Positions 62,554-64,000 of a DNA stretch of 64,000 bases are shown piece by piece. The notes beneath the pieces are model-generated. The model searched no databases. It saw only the letters and a program-made list of their open reading frames with translations, and was not told where the DNA came from. Source of the stretch: Candidatus Zixiibacteriota bacterium. GTDB lineage: Bacteria; RBG-13-66-14; B26-G2; WVWN01. Numbering within the stretch: the first letter of the stretch is position 1; every line of letters starts with the position of its first letter. The position numbers and the translations under genes were made by a program. The stretch lies in the NCBI GenBank assembly GCA_050117845.1, contig JASFLY010000013.1:1-64000 (forward strand), read 5' to 3'.

Positions 62554-64000
62554 AACGACGACCGGCGTAACGGTGGACCGCGGCGTAGGCCGCGGGGCCA
62601 CGTTCGCGTCCATTACCGGCCGCATCGGCATCGAAGAGGCGAACGAACTCCAGCGCCGCTTCGACGAGGTCTTCAAGGCCGGCCGGCCCTGGGTCATTAT
62701 CAGCATGAGGGACGTGGACTTCATTTGTTCCGCCGGCATGGGGACGCTGCTCTCCGCCGTCGGGGAATCCCGCAAGAGCGGCGGCGAGGTCATCTTCACC
62801 GACGTGTCGGCCAAGGTCCGGACCATATTCGAGTTCCTGGACATCTGGGACTACATCACGACCGCTCCGGACAAGGACGCGGCCCTCGAGATGGTTACGG
62901 CGGGGAAGCGGATACAAGCCCGCCAGGCCGCGGCCGTACTCACGCCGTCCTTCATCGCCGACGACCTCAAGGCGAAATTGAACGCCGGCGTCCGCCTGAG
63001 CAAAGAGGGCAAACTAAAGGACGCGCTCGCGTACCTGAACGCCGTCCTCAAATCGGAAAAAGACAACGTCTCGGCGCTGACCTGGAAGGCGAACGTCCTC
63101 GAGCGGCTGGGCCAGTTGGGCGAGGCGCGGCGCCTGTACCGCCGCGTTTGCGAGATAGGCCGGGGCGACCGCCAACTTCTGGCGTACGCCCGCAACCGCT
63201 TCGAGAAGCTGAACCAGAAGCTGGACCAGGCCGCGGACCGGGACCGCGTTTACGATCAATTAAAAGACTACGTTCGGGAGCTGGCCCGCGCGCCCGTCGG
63301 GACGCCGGACTTCCTGAAGCCCCGCCGCACCGTCGAGGAGGGGCGCGGCCCCTTCCTGGAGTGGTGCCGCACGTGGGACGACAACCCGCTTTACGGGAAC
63401 GACAGCCTGGGCCGGAACCTGGCCACCGGCGGGGGCATGTTCCTCTGGGCCGGCGGCCGCGGAATAGTGGTGGACCCCGGGAAAAACTTCGTCGCCCGCT
63501 TCGCGGCGGCCGGGTACCGCCTGGTGGATATCGACGCCATCGTCGTGACCAGCGTCGCCTGGGACCACAACGCCGACCTCGAGCCGTTGGTGGAAGTGAT
63601 AAGCCGATACAATAAGGCGGGGGTGGGGCCGGTCAAACGGGTCGAGACCTTCGTCAACGCCGGCGTGTATAAGAGGAACTACTCGTGGCTTTCGGCCGCC
63701 AAGGACGCGGTTTCGAAACTCACGGTGCTGTACCCGGGGCACGCCTACCGCATCGGCACCGCGGCGCTCGACGTCAAACCGGCCGATGTCCCGGAGGCTC
63801 GCGAAGACGACGTATTGGGTTTCATCCTGACGGCGGGGGACGGCAGCATCGGTTACGTGGCCGACGCCGGCTGTCGGGACGTGGACGTCCTCGCGGCCCA
63901 GTATCGGGGGGCGCGGGGCAGGCCGCTCGTAGCTTACGTCGGCGGCGCGTACGCCGACGAAAACGTTAAAAAATGGTATGGGGATTATTTGGGCGTGGAA
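62540..64000 (+). CDS. STAS + TPR + degenerate metallo-beta-lactamase-fold fusion protein (3' end truncated)
   Basis: Not in the ORF track (no stop in window). Manual translation from ATG 62540: STAS (DVDFICSAGMGTLL...VRTIFEFL), TPR (ALTWKANVLERLGQLGEARRLY), MBL-like (GGGMFLW..GRGIVVDPG...IDAIVVTSVAWDHNADL). Confidence 0.8.
   Translation, partial: MAPSKTTTGVTVDRGVGRGATFASITGRIGIEEANELQRRFDEVFKAGRPWVIISMRDVDFICSAGMGTLLSAVGESRKSGGEVIFTDVSAKVRTIFEFLDIWDYITTAPDKDAALEMVTAGKRIQARQAAAVLTPSFIADDLKAKLNAGVRLSKEGKLKDALAYLNAVLKSEKDNVSALTWKANVLERLGQLGEARRLYRRVCEIGRGDRQLLAYARNRFEKLNQKLDQAADRDRVYDQLKDYVRELARAPVGTPDFLKPRRTVEEGRGPFLEWCRTWDDNPLYGNDSLGRNLATGGGMFLWAGGRGIVVDPGKNFVARFAAAGYRLVDIDAIVVTSVAWDHNADLEPLVEVISRYNKAGVGPVKRVETFVNAGVYKRNYSWLSAAKDAVSKLTVLYPGHAYRIGTAALDVKPADVPEAREDDVLGFILTAGDGSIGYVADAGCRDVDVLAAQYRGARGRPLVAYVGGAYADENVKKWYGDYLGVE

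Overview
GC-rich chromosome window from a diderm bacterium (lipid A genes, BamA, TonB); the taxon cannot be established from sequence alone. Housekeeping blocks are trpS-scpAB-rluB-cmk-plsC-ispH, ltaE-lpxB-msbA-waaA-lpxK-lpxL, tRNA-Glu, tonB-like genes, bamA, thiC-like, fhs and rpsA-der-plsY-gpsA. Two paralog expansions sit among them. (1) The best candidate for an undescribed system is at 38.9-50.3 kb (minus strand): 12 tandem genes share an NHLP-clan-like N-terminal leader, followed by an RPx(F/L)LG motif, a hydrophobic signal helix (often a lipobox) and variable cargo (Ig/carboxypeptidase-regulatory-like, TonB-C/AgmX-like or disordered) carrying G-[IVLMA]-x-P-D (GIRPD) motifs. The array runs directly into a cobalamin-dependent radical SAM gene. 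This resembles RiPP logic applied to full-size exported proteins or lipoproteins. (2) Ten secreted, roughly 260-aa beta-propeller-like paralogs (8 in tandem at 0-7.4 kb, 2 at 50.5-53.1 kb) share a C-terminal PAS(M/L/V/A)GxIKAx(Y/F)x tail that looks like a sorting signal; the 8 tandem copies each have their own sigma70 promoter and downstream hairpin. Other points of interest are three microcompartment pentamer genes coupled to a STAS-TPR-degenerate MBL fusion, a multi-CxxC lipoprotein, four DUF4870-like genes and an RpsA with a long acidic tail. All family assignments come from motif recognition by eye; no database search was run.
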